Below are positions 1 to 12,560 of a stretch of 64,000 nucleotides of DNA, in pieces. Position 1 is the first letter of the stretch; the number at the start of each line of letters is the position of its first letter. The notes under the pieces are model-generated. The model was not told where the DNA came from, did not search any database, and was given only the letters and a program-made list of their open reading frames with translations. The position numbers and the translations under genes are program-made. Source of the stretch: Entomortierella parvispora E1425 (taxonomy: Eukaryota; Fungi; Mortierellomycota); the NCBI GenBank assembly GCA_020891255.1, contig BQFW01000002.1, forward strand, positions 2,108,001 to 2,172,000, given 5' to 3'.

Positions 1-1925
1 CATCGTTCAAATCAGAGGTAGGCATGCCCAATCCCCAGGCTACGGGGTAGAAGCACCAACCAATCAACTTTTGGATGGTGATGCCCTGGACACCCAAGAA
101 GACAAAGACCCAGTTGATAAGATAGTTGCCGCAGGCGAGCAAAGACAGGAAACCGATCAAGACTGCAGAGATGACAATGCAGAGCTGAATTCCGAGAATG
201 GCACCGTTAGCAAGGGCGTGCACCATGGAATCCTCGGCATCGGGGCGCTCAAGCACAACTGCCTTTCCGCGGGTCAGAGGGACCTCCTCCTCGGGGTAAC
301 GCATCTTGGAGGTGACAATGGCGCAAGGAACAGACATGATGCAGCAAGTAATCAAATGGGTAGGGTTGGCACCAAAGGTGATGAGTCCAAGATAAACGGA
401 TCCAGAGATGGTAGCGAATCCCGAAGCCATGACTTGATGGATCTCGGCGTTGGTAGCATTCTCCAAGTAAGGACCAACCAACATAGCGGACTCTGACATT
501 CCAACGAAAGGAGCGGCAAGAGCGGCGATGACCTCGACACCAGAGACCTCAAAGATAAAGACGACGACTCTGCCCATGGAGCCGATGGTGGTCTGGATGA
601 TGTTGTAGTAGTACATGACTTGAATAACGGCACCGAAGAAAATAATGGCAGGCAAGACACCGGCAAAGAACTGAGTTTGATAAAGGTTCATGAAGCCGTC
701 GCCCATGATGAAGCCGATACCGCTGGAAGAGAAGCCCAAGAATGAGGCCATCAAAGCTCCAATGTACGAGAAGATGGTCTGGCCAATATAAGTGCGAATA
801 ACGAACAGACCCAAGAGGAACTGCAAGCCCAATCCTGTGGCAACAGTGGGCCAGTGGATGACACGGCGGTTACGCGAGGTAATGTAAAGCACAAAGACGA
901 AGAAAGCCAAGCCGCAGAGGGAGATAACACGCTGGACACGGGTACCATTCTCGTTGTCGGGGCGAATGACGGCGGTGAGGGTCATAGCAACAGGCCAGAT
1001 ACCATATCCGATGACCTGGCGAGCAAGAAGAGGCACGCTGTTAACAGCCTTGGCACTACGTTCCCAAACAGCGTAGGTGGGGCGGGCAAAGGTGCCATCG
1101 GGGACATGGGCCGAGATCAGATATAAAGTGGTAAAGGCGTAGAGAACCGACAAGACCGAAATGGGGCCACCCTTGTCGAGGACGAGAGCGACGATGAAGA
1201 ATGCTGTAAGAGCGGACAGAAGAAGACACTGTTAGGTAACCAAGACCCAGTTTTTCAGCAAGAGTAACGAATGTCGCCTCCATCTCATCTCATTGACGAT
1301 GCCATTGACAATGGTATCATGCTCCTCAGTTGGGAGAGCAAGCAAGGGCAAAGGCCTTGCTCGCTTCCCTAATCCCAAATTAAACAATGCTTGCGCACTG
1401 ACTGGCAAATAGAGCTCTCTGCCCTGCCCTTCTCCTCGTGAACACACCGTCCCATGAAGCATTCAAAAACACACACAAACAATGCAACTGGCCAAACACC
1501 TGCTATTATCCCGAGGATCATCAAACGGCCAAAACACTTCTCAGACATCAGATATAATCGTGATATGAAGGACTGTGCTGCCCGCTGTGTGGACTCCCCG
1601 CTCTACTGCTGAATCACATCCAAAAGCCACCCCCTTTCATCATCATGAGCATCGTATTACCTGTGAACAAAAGCCAGGCGATTCCGTGCCAAACAAGAGT
1701 GAACAGCTTCTGGCGCATGCCAAAGACTTTCTTCTCCTCATCACGGTCGACATCCTGCTGCTCCAAGGCGCCGTTCTTCTTTTGGTCGAGTGCGGCAAGG
1801 TCAGACTCTTCCTCGTCGGTGTGACGACGCTGGAACAGGGTATGGTCCTTCTCGTGGATCGATTCCTGCGAGCTCGAGCTGGTGTGGACTGGGGAGTCCT
1901 TGACCTCGATATCTTCAAAGGACAT
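1..1925 (-). CDS. CNT: Concentrative nucleoside transporter (CNT/SLC28/NupC family), 3' end beyond the window edge
   Basis: Exon 1 is 1925-1661 (MSFEDIEVK...WLLFT). GT-AG intron 1660-1204. Exon 2 reads open to the window edge with CNT motifs RVISLCG...SRNRRVIHWPTVATGLGLQFLLGLFVIRT, FFAGVLPAIIFF, APFVGMSESAMLVGPYL, EIHQVMASGFATISGSV and IMSVPCAIVTSKMRYPE. Confidence 0.9.
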
Positions 1926-4900
1926 ATTGCTTGGTGTTGAGGGAAGAGAAGGAAAGGGGAGGATGGGGGATAAGGGAAGGATTGAACGGATGGATCAAAA
2001 AGCCAAGGGTTGAAGGAAAAGAAGAAAAGAAAAAAATACGGGGGAAGAAGGAGGCTTTTATAGGGATGAAGACAATGATGGGAAAGCGTCTTTCAGTTCC
2101 GTGGTGAAGGGTGCTAACCCTCGTCCCTGGCAATTGAGTCGCCACTCAATCGTTGGTCGTCGCTCGGTTGCTCTCCGAGTCCTTTCGGCGACTCAGGGCG
2201 GCCATTGTATTCGCTCTTTTACGTTGGCCAACTTATTCTTTTTTTTTTTGCCCTTTTTTTTTTACTTTGTCGCCCAGGATCAATTCAGTCCACAGGCTGG
2301 CTGGCATGCAGGTGCATAAGAATCTACTCCGGGAGTTTGAGCAGAGGCCGTTACCTTTGAATGCGCATGTGTGTGGTATCTGTTCCTCTGTGTGACATTG
2401 GGCCTTCGTCTCTGGACTCTTGTCTCTTTTGTTTTGACCCATATCCTTCTTGCACCACCCTGCCTTCTCTTTTCTTTCTGCTCTTCGAGAGGGCTGGTTG
2501 CTCGTCCTCCCCTCGGAAGCAATCACTTCCTTGATTGGCTCGAACGCGGCCCTCTGCGGGATGCCTGACGTCCAATCGTTCATGTTTTTTGTTATTATCA
2601 AGGCCAGGATACATGCACAAGCTCTACCAAGGTCACAGGCTAACGATTCTTGGCAAGGATTGGACAATCTCTTTTTATTATTGTTGTTGTGTTTGTGGAG
2701 GAAAGTGCGACTAGACCGCCACACGAAGCGTGAGAGAGAAGGACAGCACTCAAAGAAGTGGGAGAGATAGAACACAAGAAACAAGCTGTAAAAACGGCTG
2801 CAAGGCAACTACAAAAATACCAAAAAAAGGGGGGCAGGGACCTTTTTGGGTCTTCACTCAGTTTACTGTTTCTTGGAAACAATAAAACATGATCGATCGA
2901 GTTTGGGGGAGGAAGAGGGCCATCAAGAGCTGCCCCTTATCGATTGCAGAACATGCACCTTCATTTTGTGATCCTTATTACCTGGTCTTGTTCCTTATAC
3001 AACAAGAAATTGTTTGTCGATCTCGCTTGATGTTTTTTCTCGTTCTCTCGCCAGCCTCGGCAACACACACAGGGTTCTCCTGGCCAGAACCCTCTTTTTT
3101 CTCCTGGTTTCTTTATGGTTTTTGTTTATAATTTCTGATAAAGAAACTCCCTCCTATCACTTTTGTTGGACTGACAAAGGTAAAGAGGGTTTACAAATGG
3201 CTGTTCAACAACAAAGGAGCTCATATCAACCCTGTTGTAATGTGTGTCTGAACAGCCAAAAAAAAGACAAGATGTCAACAAACCCACGGACAGTTGAACA
3301 GCTCACACACCACGAGGTGTGTTGTGTCCTTTTCCTGGGGCTATCCAGAAAGCTAACAGAGATACGCGAAAAGCATTGTTGCCGCCAATCTTTTGGGGGC
3401 GACTCACACGACCACCCTCTCTCCATCTCTTCATTTCGCCCGACCCTTTTTCCTCACCCATGGACTAGACCTCTTGTAGAGCGATGCGGGGTAATAGGGG
3501 TAAAAAGAGGGATAAACTGCCGTTGTGGAGTCTGAAGTTGAAGTACCGGAGGTATTAGCTTTCAGGTAGCTAACGATCCATTTTTGCAACCCCACCCCTC
3601 AGGTCTTTACACAACGTCGGAATCGCTGCCACAGAGACCAGCGGGCAATTTCATTATATCATTGTCGACTGGCCGTCAGGCCCGATGGAGGCTGCAAAAA
3701 AAAACTCGAGGTGGTGTGGTGTGGTGTCAGCGACGTATCTTCTCGGACGTACGCCACACGATCATATCTACAACTCCGCACCAGCATTCAAAAACAGGAC
3801 AAGTATCCTTCTTTGGGCGTGGTTCTAGACTAGAGTCGAGCGTAGGGAGCACCTTGCCCGCAGCCCTTGGCTCGTTTTTTTTTTACATTTCCTGCTCTAA
3901 CCATTGATTCCTTCCCCTTTGTTCGTTGGAACATGCTTGTGGGAGCGAAGGATTTCCGTAAAATCCTGCATGCATTCAGACCCAAGGGGATGATTGGTTA
4001 TTGTGCCCACCAAATCGACCAACAGGCGGGTTCTTTTTTTTGTTGGCTCACAAGGGACATGTTGGTTGTTTGGGCAAGGGGCAGGGCCGCCGTCGTGTGC
4101 CTGGCTGTTTCTCTCACGCACGCAGAGTGACAGCTTGTGCAACCTCAGCAAAGCCAATGAGAGGGCGAAGGTTCCGAGGATTTGCTTCCTAACTTTTCCG
4201 TTGCAATAGAAGGACAGTCCTAAAAGCCATTAAAAAGAAGGCAGCCAAACTCTCCCTTTCTCCCTTCTTTCTCTTGAGTCTCTTCCATGTCCTTCAATAA
4301 TATCTGACTTTCTCGATCTTCAAAAAAAAAAAAAAAAAAACCCCCTGCAGCAGACCATGCGCAAAAGTAACTCAAAACAAAACAAAGAACATGAACACAA
4401 ACCGAATAGAACTGTGGTTTGAGAACTCCCATGTGAGCACTATGTTGGGTCTCTCTTTTTCTGCTGCACTCTTCTTTATGAGCGGCGAGAATGTTATGGA
4501 GCATGAGGGAAAACGTGTTCGACCATGCCCCTGTTCTTTTGCTTTCTTTTTTTTCAAACTGCGTCCAGGATTCAGGAGCAGCGCCCCTTTCTCCCCGCAT
4601 TTAGGATGTGCCTTAATAGGCAAGGAACTGGCGGGCTTTTTGTTCGGAGGGTCCAAAGAGAAACCCCAATGCCCACTCTAACAGGTGTAAAATTGAGGAG
4701 AAAGGGTAGGAGTTCCAAGTTGTTGTGAAGGTACATTCATGAATCAAAAAAAGAGAACTTCCGCCCCGCTGGATTCGATCAAATCGATCTCAGCTGCGAA
4801 ACATCTTTTTTTGCTTTGTACACCAGTGGTCCCGGGGGGAAGGAATGAAATTTTTATCTTTTCCTGACGTTCTGCCCCGGGTCCCAGCCAGACACCGCCA

Positions 4901-5449
4901 CGGCTACCTTGCTAGTGAAATCTTCCCCCCCGAGGGTAAAAGTGCCGACAGACTTCCGGAGAAACTATGGTGCCTCAGAGGTTCTGAACCTCTGACTCTT
5001 AACTTCCAAGGGTTCTATTCGCCTTCAGTTTCCCATAACTTGCACGACTGGTTGGTCTTCTCCAAACAGTGTGCAAAGAGCACAGCCTAGTCCCCCCAAA
5101 TCAATAAACACACATTCATGTGTTTGTGGAGAAGACTTTGCTGGTGCTGCAAACCATGTTTCCTTCCAACAACTGTGAATGCAAACATCACAATCAACAC
5201 GCTGCCCTCAAAAAATGCTTGTGTTCGTGTTTTCGTTTCTTGTCAAAACTGGGGCTTATCTCATAAGCATGGACCGCCCTTTACCCCGCAATTTCCATTC
5301 TCCTCTTTAGGAAGCTATGCATGAAGGCGTGGGAAAGCTGGTCCATGGTTAATTATATAGTCTAATTAAATTAAAAAAAGAGAGGGAGAAGAGAGAGGAG
5401 TGAAGGAGAGGGAGGGAGGAGGGAGGCTGGGGAAATTCAGCTAGTGGCT

Positions 5450-5810
5450 CGATTAAAACCAATGACACGCTCAAGCCATAACAACTCCACTCCCAAGACG
5501 CGACGTAAAGGCGACAACGGTCGTCCATAAAAATCCATACCACGAGACGATGAAATAGCAACAAAAAGGCTGGAACTGTTAACTCGAGGTGCATATCAGC
5601 GATATTGCAGGGTGGTGTATTGCTGTAATTGAAGGAACAAGACACGGCAATGATGTTCTGGACCGCCTTTGCATCATGATTGAACACTGAAGATGTACAT
5701 GAGCTTGTCTGCTCGTAGAATGCGCCTGCCATCCGGATAATGTAATGATGCTTTAGTGAGCGGTGCCAACGCTGGACCAAATTGTTGTCTTCCATGTGTT
5801 GGTAGTTCTA
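5450..5810 (-). mobile_element. Degenerate Mutator-like (MULE) transposase relic
   Basis: NNLVQRWHRSLKHHY is followed, after a frameshift, by DGRRILRADKLMYIF (5715-5689) and later LYVAS. This resembles the TNNxxExWHxxLKxxYL...RxDxLxYxL segment of fungal MULE transposases. No TIRs were found. Confidence 0.5.
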
Positions 5811-6854
5811 CACATGTGGGGTATGGTAAGAAAGGCAACAAAACGAACATTTTTGGTAGACGAGGTCATAATACCATAAGAACAGACCTGACTGCTGAAG
5901 TTGGATGGGCATCACCCAAATTTCAGTGAGTTGTCGCGTCATCGTGCTACATCATCAATTTACTCGCATTTCACCTGCCCCTTCTTCCTTATCGCCATAG
6001 GTGCTATTGGTGCACAGCATTTCATTCGAAAGAAGGGTTACGAGCTCGCGTTCGCTGATTCAAAGTCGTGGGTTTTTTGCTTGGAGGACAGCGTGAGTTC
6101 AAGACAGAAAATGCGCAAGCAGGCGTATTTTTTCTGCTAAGAGGAGCCTCGAGAAGGCTTGAAATGGATGGACGGTGGTCTTCCACAGCACGATGCTCAC
6201 AGCAGGGCGACCGTGACAGCGGCCTTAATACTGTTCCAACCGCTTTCTGAATTGCCTCTGACAGGAGTACTCTACAACCAACAGTGTCCGCTCAGTCCGG
6301 CATCAAGACGTATCCGTAACATCAAACGTTCGAGGACTACAAGGTACTTTTCGTGATTTTGCTTAAATGCGATTCGAACTTTCTCTTACGCTTTCAATTG
6401 TATAGGCTGCAGAGAGTTGGCTGGACCAAAGCTATGTACAACCCCATAAACCGCGTTGGCCACACCTGCGCTCTCTTACTCAAACAATGAGTTGTATCCT
6501 GCTCCAAAAGCGTCCATCACCCTCACAGGAACACCTCCGTCGAGTCCGAATTGGTGTGTCGTCTAGGCCCTCCCCTATTCTGTGCTGGATCAATCACAGA
6601 TTCGATCCCTGCATCCACCTCCGCACCCACAAACCTGGCCACCATCGCTTCTTCGAAGCTAGGATCAGAATCGGATTCCCCCTCCAGCAGTCCAGGATTT
6701 ACCTACCACCACTCTTGATATTCTAAATCCCGAAAGAAATCATGGCTGTACCCCGGCCTGGCAGGAAGAATACAGTAGTCCCAGATAAAAAAAGGTTACA
6801 ATGTAATTCTTTCACAAAATCTATTATGCGTGTGTTCCTATTGTACAAAAGTAA

Positions 6855-9330
6855 TCAATCTCGGGTTGATCGACCGGTAGTTGGCGAAGCAGGTATTGAC
6901 CTATGAGGGGATCGGGGTGGAATTGCTGGAGGGGATACCATCGTCGAAGGAGAAGAGGGTGAGGTCAAAGGCGGAGGCGCCAAGGACGGTTGCTGAATGG
7001 ACTGCAATAGCGTCTGTTGGTTCTTTCGCTTTTGATAGGCAGCCGCAGGGGATGTAACGGGAAGTGACGAGGGCAAAGGAGGAGGCGAAGCCATTCCAGC
7101 GGCTACGGGTGACACAGGTGTAGAGCGATTCTGATCCTGCTGGTATTGCTTCTGATCCTGCTGTGGCTGCTGGCGCTGCTGCTGCTGTTGTTGTTGTTGA
7201 AGTCGCTCACGCTGCACGGAGGGGGCTGGTATATCGGCACCCATGCCAAACGTCCGACTCTGTTGCAAGGTCGAAGGGTTGGAAATGAATGGCAAACTTG
7301 TCCTCCTGTAAGCCGGTGACATCCTTCTCCCAGCAGAGCCGGCTGCAATCTTGCTTCGAAGATTACCAGCCCAATCTTCGTCATCCACTTCGTGATTAGG
7401 ACCCGTCTCATCATGTTCGTCACCTTCTTCGCCTAGCTCTGAGAATGAGCCCATGGAGCCTGAGCTTGCTTTGCGAGCGGCTATCCCACTCATAAGTGGT
7501 GCAGGCGGAACCCCTCCAACAGCAGCTGTGAACAACGACAGTTTCCGAAGGCCAGGATAAAGTTCCAAGGCAGCGATATGCAAGGAATGCGATGTCGCTA
7601 CAGGAGAAGCTGCTCTGGAACTCTGTCGAGACCGATCACTAGGTGTAGAAAGTCCAGATGATGGGGAAACAGTTCTGGATGAAGAAGGGGAGCTCTCAGA
7701 GAAGGATCTACCTCTTTGCCCCTGAGCAGGAAACTGAAAAGTAGCATTGGTAGGAAGCAAAGGCCTCTGGCTTGCAGCACTGGTGGTGGCCATGGCCTCC
7801 AGAGATATCTTGCCGTGGGATATCACATCAGTCGCCATCTCCTGGTGTGACCCAAGCATTGACACTTGATCTAATGGAGTCTGAGGGCTGTTCACCTGAA
7901 CGGTTGGTACTGTGTGCACAATAGCCAAAGGGGTTTCTGGTGGGAAACGATACAGAGCATCGGAAAGCACAGACGCAGCAGAAGAACTCATAGGGGACCC
8001 TGATGGAGAAGTTTCATCGATGGGTGTCGCCAAAGCCGAAGGCGAAGAAGCCTTCCTGCCTCGACTCTGAGAGCGCAGAGCTGTTCGCGAGGACGCCGAA
8101 GACGCACAGGACGGTGGACCGTCTGATCGTGGAGATAATGCCACAGTTTCAACATCTTCCAGTTCTTGTGCGTCATGCTGGTCTTTTACAGCGCGCCGCG
8201 AAGGCACAATAGAGCACATCGATACATTTCCAGTGGAGCTTGAGAGTATAGACCGACTCGACCCAGAAGGGGAGCACACAGCAGTGCCGGGCGATCCGCC
8301 TGGCGACAGCCGCTTGACCTCACCTGTAGGAGATTCTCCTCTGAAGGTGTGTGCAGAATCAGACGTCAACAATGGTGAGATGTTTTGGCCGCCTTGTTCG
8401 GTAAGTCGGATGAGCACAGGAGACGATGACTGTCTACGAGCCAAATAGCCAGGTCGCAGTACACCAGTGGCCGACTCAGCGTTCATCGACTGAAGATCCG
8501 TAGTTCCCTGCGTTTCTGAGGCAATTATCACCGCCGCTGCCGCTGAACTTCGACGCGGAAGTTCCTGTCGTCGTGGACGGCCATGGCTATCAGATCCGGT
8601 CATGGCACCATCATTTGCCTGACGTCTTGGTGGAAGTAGTGATCGCACTGGACATTCCGATCGGTCTGTATTGAACGAGCAGGTCATAGGTGACAGCGGA
8701 TGGCGAGTGAGCCGCTGCGGCAAAGGCGACACGAGCAGAGGTGGCACCACTGATGGTGAAGTACTAGTAGAGCTGTCAGACTGTCTGGTGACTGACAATG
8801 GACGCGGTCCCGAAGTGAATGCAGAGCAATCCGGAAGCACAGGGTGTTGATTACCAAATTCGCCTTCCACCTCTTGGCCTAGAATGGGCGGAGGCAAAGG
8901 TGAGGTGGACAATGATCCCAAAGGCGAGGGAGAGACAGATACGATTCCCGATATGGGACTCTTCTGTGACTCGATGGTTGAGTGCTCTGAAGGTGCGCAG
9001 GCGAGTTGTTCGCTACAGCTAATGATGCGACCTCCATCTAAGCAAACTTCAGGTGAAGTGCGGGTGCCGTCTTCCACTCTTGATGGTGCAATATCCTCAC
9101 TTGTGATCACCGCGCCTTCTGTGACGGTCGAGAGCGAACTGTTAAGACCACCGACCGATGTATAAGAAGTTTTGATCATTGAAGTAGGGCGGGACTTTTG
9201 CGCTTCTTGATCTTTTTCTTGCTGTATGATAAGGTCTTTGGTTTCCTGTTCAATTGTCAGCGCAAGCTCGTCGGGGGAGATGATGTGTCTCGAAACACCA
9301 GCTTGATTCATCATCTGCTGCTGTTGCTGC

Positions 9331-9399
<69 letters not shown>

Positions 9400-12300
9400 A
9401 TGTATTGAGGATCCAAATGATGTTGAGGTCGTTGTTGAGGTGACCATGGTGTCCCTGGAGGAGGTGGCAATGGTCCGCTGGGCTGCGACTTCCAAGGCTG
9501 CAATGCTTGTAATTTTTGCATCGTCCTATGATGGTTTGCAACGAAAAAGTTGCCATCCAGAGTTGTTCCTGCGAGAGCCGCATTCTTGTCGAATACAGGC
9601 CCGGAAATTGTGCCAAATTCAGATCCCATCTGCAGGCCCATTTTCCGACTGAGGCCGAACTTCTCTTTGGCATGGCTGTGGCTGTGGCTGTGGCTGCTAC
9701 CACTGCCGCTGCTGGGATGGTTCGAGGCTGAAGATGCCGACCGAGGAGGAGGCAATGGTAAGGGGATAGTAGGGGCACCAACAGGAGTCTGCGATCGAGA
9801 AACTTGAGTGGTGTCTGACGGCTGTGCGACAACATCTGACGATAAAGCCTGCCGTTGCTGCTGTTGATGAACGGTCATTAGGGCGTCCTCCAAAACGGAT
9901 ACTGATGGAGATCGATGTCTAATTCCAGGAGATACTGCGCTTGGTGTAATCGATGGTAGTTGTGGCACAGGCTTCCCATAGGTATCGAATTCTGCATCTC
10001 TGGATAAGGAGATCATTGATTTCGAAGACAAGCCTCTGCCATGGGCGACATTTCCAGAAAATGGAACTCCATCACTGTTCAATAATATGGGACTCGAAAT
10101 GGATGAAATGTGGCCGTGGCCACTGCTCTTGTCGGATCCTGACCAAGGCAACTTGAGACCCTTCGTATCCTTGTCCTTGATTTTTTCGCTTTCTGTTCGA
10201 TGCTTCTTGGAATGAAAAGTGCATGTTTTTGCATTCTGGGTGCACCCACTGTACCGGCAAACCGACGTAGAGAACAGCTTCATGCCAGGACTACTTCCGC
10301 TTACACTACCACTGTGACTAGAGCTCGCACTGCTGCCTCCATTTCTCTCTTTATCCTTCTTGTGCTTTCCTCCAGTGACAAGTCCCAGTAATGTCCGATG
10401 TTCAAGTCCCGATTTTCCTTGACTGGACTCTGTTCCTGCCATGGTTCCTCCATTATCAGAAACGAGATCATTATATGTAGATACGTCTCCTGAAGATGCA
10501 ATCGTTGAGATCGATGTTGAAGAAGCGATACTTTCTGGTCTTCTAGAGGACGAAATGCCTTCGAGAACCCTGTAGAATGTCCGGGGGGATGATGGTGCGA
10601 TACTGTTGGCTCCAGAGTGACTGAACATTGACGTCGGCTGCTGAGATGATAATAGAGGAGAAGAGTAGGGTGACCCGGCCGCACTTGTGGCAGGGGAGGG
10701 AACTCCTAATATTTGCAAAGAAAAAAAAAAGATCCAATTGTAAGACTTATTTATGCACTTCAATCAGAAGGGATCAAAACCAATATCAGCAAAAAGCAGC
10801 ACAATACCGTTTTCTGTGAACAGAGCAGAGTGAGCAGATCGAGTCGGATATATGCTGGGGCTTTGCGGGTGCTGGTATTGTTGATTCAGGAAGTTGTTTA
10901 GAGAAGACGATCCAGTGTAAAGCCCTTGGGGGGCGCCAGCCATTGTCCCCCTTGATTGCTGTAGGCTGGTCCTTCCTTGATAATCGAGTGATTGGAGAGA
11001 CGAGCGATTGGTGTCTGATATATTTGATTGATGGTCCGTCAAGCCGGATCCTGTTGGGTAGCCAACACCAACACCAAACTGCGTCGCGCTCTCTGCAGAA
11101 GGATGCAAATCGCGCACAGAGTCCATGCTGGACTTGACGCCATGCTGTTGATTCAACCCAAAAATATACTCCAGGTTGGTACTTGTGTTGGTGCTCGTGT
11201 TGGGAATGGACGAAGTTGAGGACCAGGTATCGTTGTTGTCCTCATGCGATTGTGGAAAATTGGACGCCAAATAAGGTGGGAGGCCACTAGTTCCAGCCTG
11301 CACTCCAGCTCCTGAAGGGTTCATTCGAGCGGACTGTTGACGAGGAGACGACGTCGTGACCGAGGAGCTGTTTGAATCCGTGGGGGACTCGTCCAAATGA
11401 AGCCTGTCCAAAACTCTGTCGATGATAGACTGACCCGCACCAGATCTCTGATCAGAGAGTTGCAATCCCAGCGCTGCACTCGAGGAAATGGTCGAAGCCC
11501 AGGCTGCAACGGCGTGGTTGATGTGGACTTCAAGGGCGTACACCCAATTATGAAGAGACTGTGCGCTCTCTGTGTAAAAAACATGGTGTTGGTGCTGGTG
11601 GGGGATCTGCTCTGGTGATGATAAGCGGAAAGCGAACTTTGACTTGCGAGAGACTTCAGGCCCAGAGGCGAGGATCGAGTATTCGGCGAGGTGGAGGACA
11701 CCCAATGGCTTGGTATCCGTCTAGAGACGTGTAACGCAGGTTAGCACCAGAGGTAAGGTAAAAAAATGCCTCGTAATGAAAGCAGTCAACTAAATACTTG
11801 CATTAGATCGGTAAAAGAAGAGTCGATCGTCTCTAAGGACGCACCATCGTCGCTTCCAGACAAGCTGCAGTGAGGTGGATCTCTTTTGAAGCCACTCTTG
11901 CAACAGGATGTGCTCCCCCATGGAACTGTTGGATGGGTCGTTGGCCTTTTGTTGCTGGTGGATCATGGATGGGATCGAGTGGATGGCCTGCTGGATGGAA
12001 GGCGGGTCATAGTTATTGCTATCGTCTCTAGAATGCTGAGACTTGGTATGTTTGCTAGTGGTGCTGCTGTGAGTGTTGTTGGACCCACCACTGCTGTGGA
12101 TACTGCTGCTGTTGTGACTCTGCTGCTGCTGTTGTTGTTGCTGTTGCTGCTGGTTCTGGTGCTGTTGATGGTGACTCTTTAGAAAGGGGAGGGAGCGGAG
12201 GCTGTTGGAACCGGACGAGTGCTGACTGTGGTGACCAGGACCTCCAGAAGTCGCAGAGCCTGTAGACATGGTACTATTGGAGGTGGAAGCCGCACTAATA

Positions 12301-12560
12301 GCATGAGTTCGGTGTGCGTACAGGAGACTGGTATCGTGGTCCGTGGTCTGGAAGTGGTGTTTGTCCTTTTTTGGTGCAGACTGGTGGGTATCTGACGATG
12401 GATTCAACTGCCGGTGGTGATTGCTGTAATATGAAGAGAGAGAGGGGATGGAAGGGAGTGGAGTGGATTGAAGCTGTCGCTCGAGTTGGGTGCGGTGCAA
12501 TTGTTGCTTCTGTTGGTGAACTGCACTTCCAGAGCCGATCTGGGGACTCTGCGGGTCCAT
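6855..12560 (-). CDS. Large (~1840 aa) PH-domain protein with a very long Ser/Gln/Pro-rich disordered tail
   Basis: Exons 12560-11802, 11720-10808 and 10705-6855 total 5523 nt, in frame. The PH domain LLQEWLQKRSTSLQLVWKRRWCVLRDDRLFFYRSN|TDTKPLGVLHL...FAFRL...WVYALEVHI is split by intron 1. Confidence 0.85.
9315..9398 (-). repeat. Coding CAG/CAA microsatellite encoding 28 glutamines
   Basis: The + strand is a (ctg/ttg)n run dominated by ctgttg hexamers, 84 nt, in frame in exon 3 of the PH gene. Confidence 0.95.

Noticed and set aside
6487-6790. Short + strand ORFs convergent with the PH gene
   Set aside because: No recognisable motif or splice support, and the more protein-like frame lacks an ATG.
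9250-9835. Poly-AT, poly-NS and poly-L ORFs overlapping the polyQ tract
   Set aside because: They are alternative-frame readings of the CAGCAA microsatellite.
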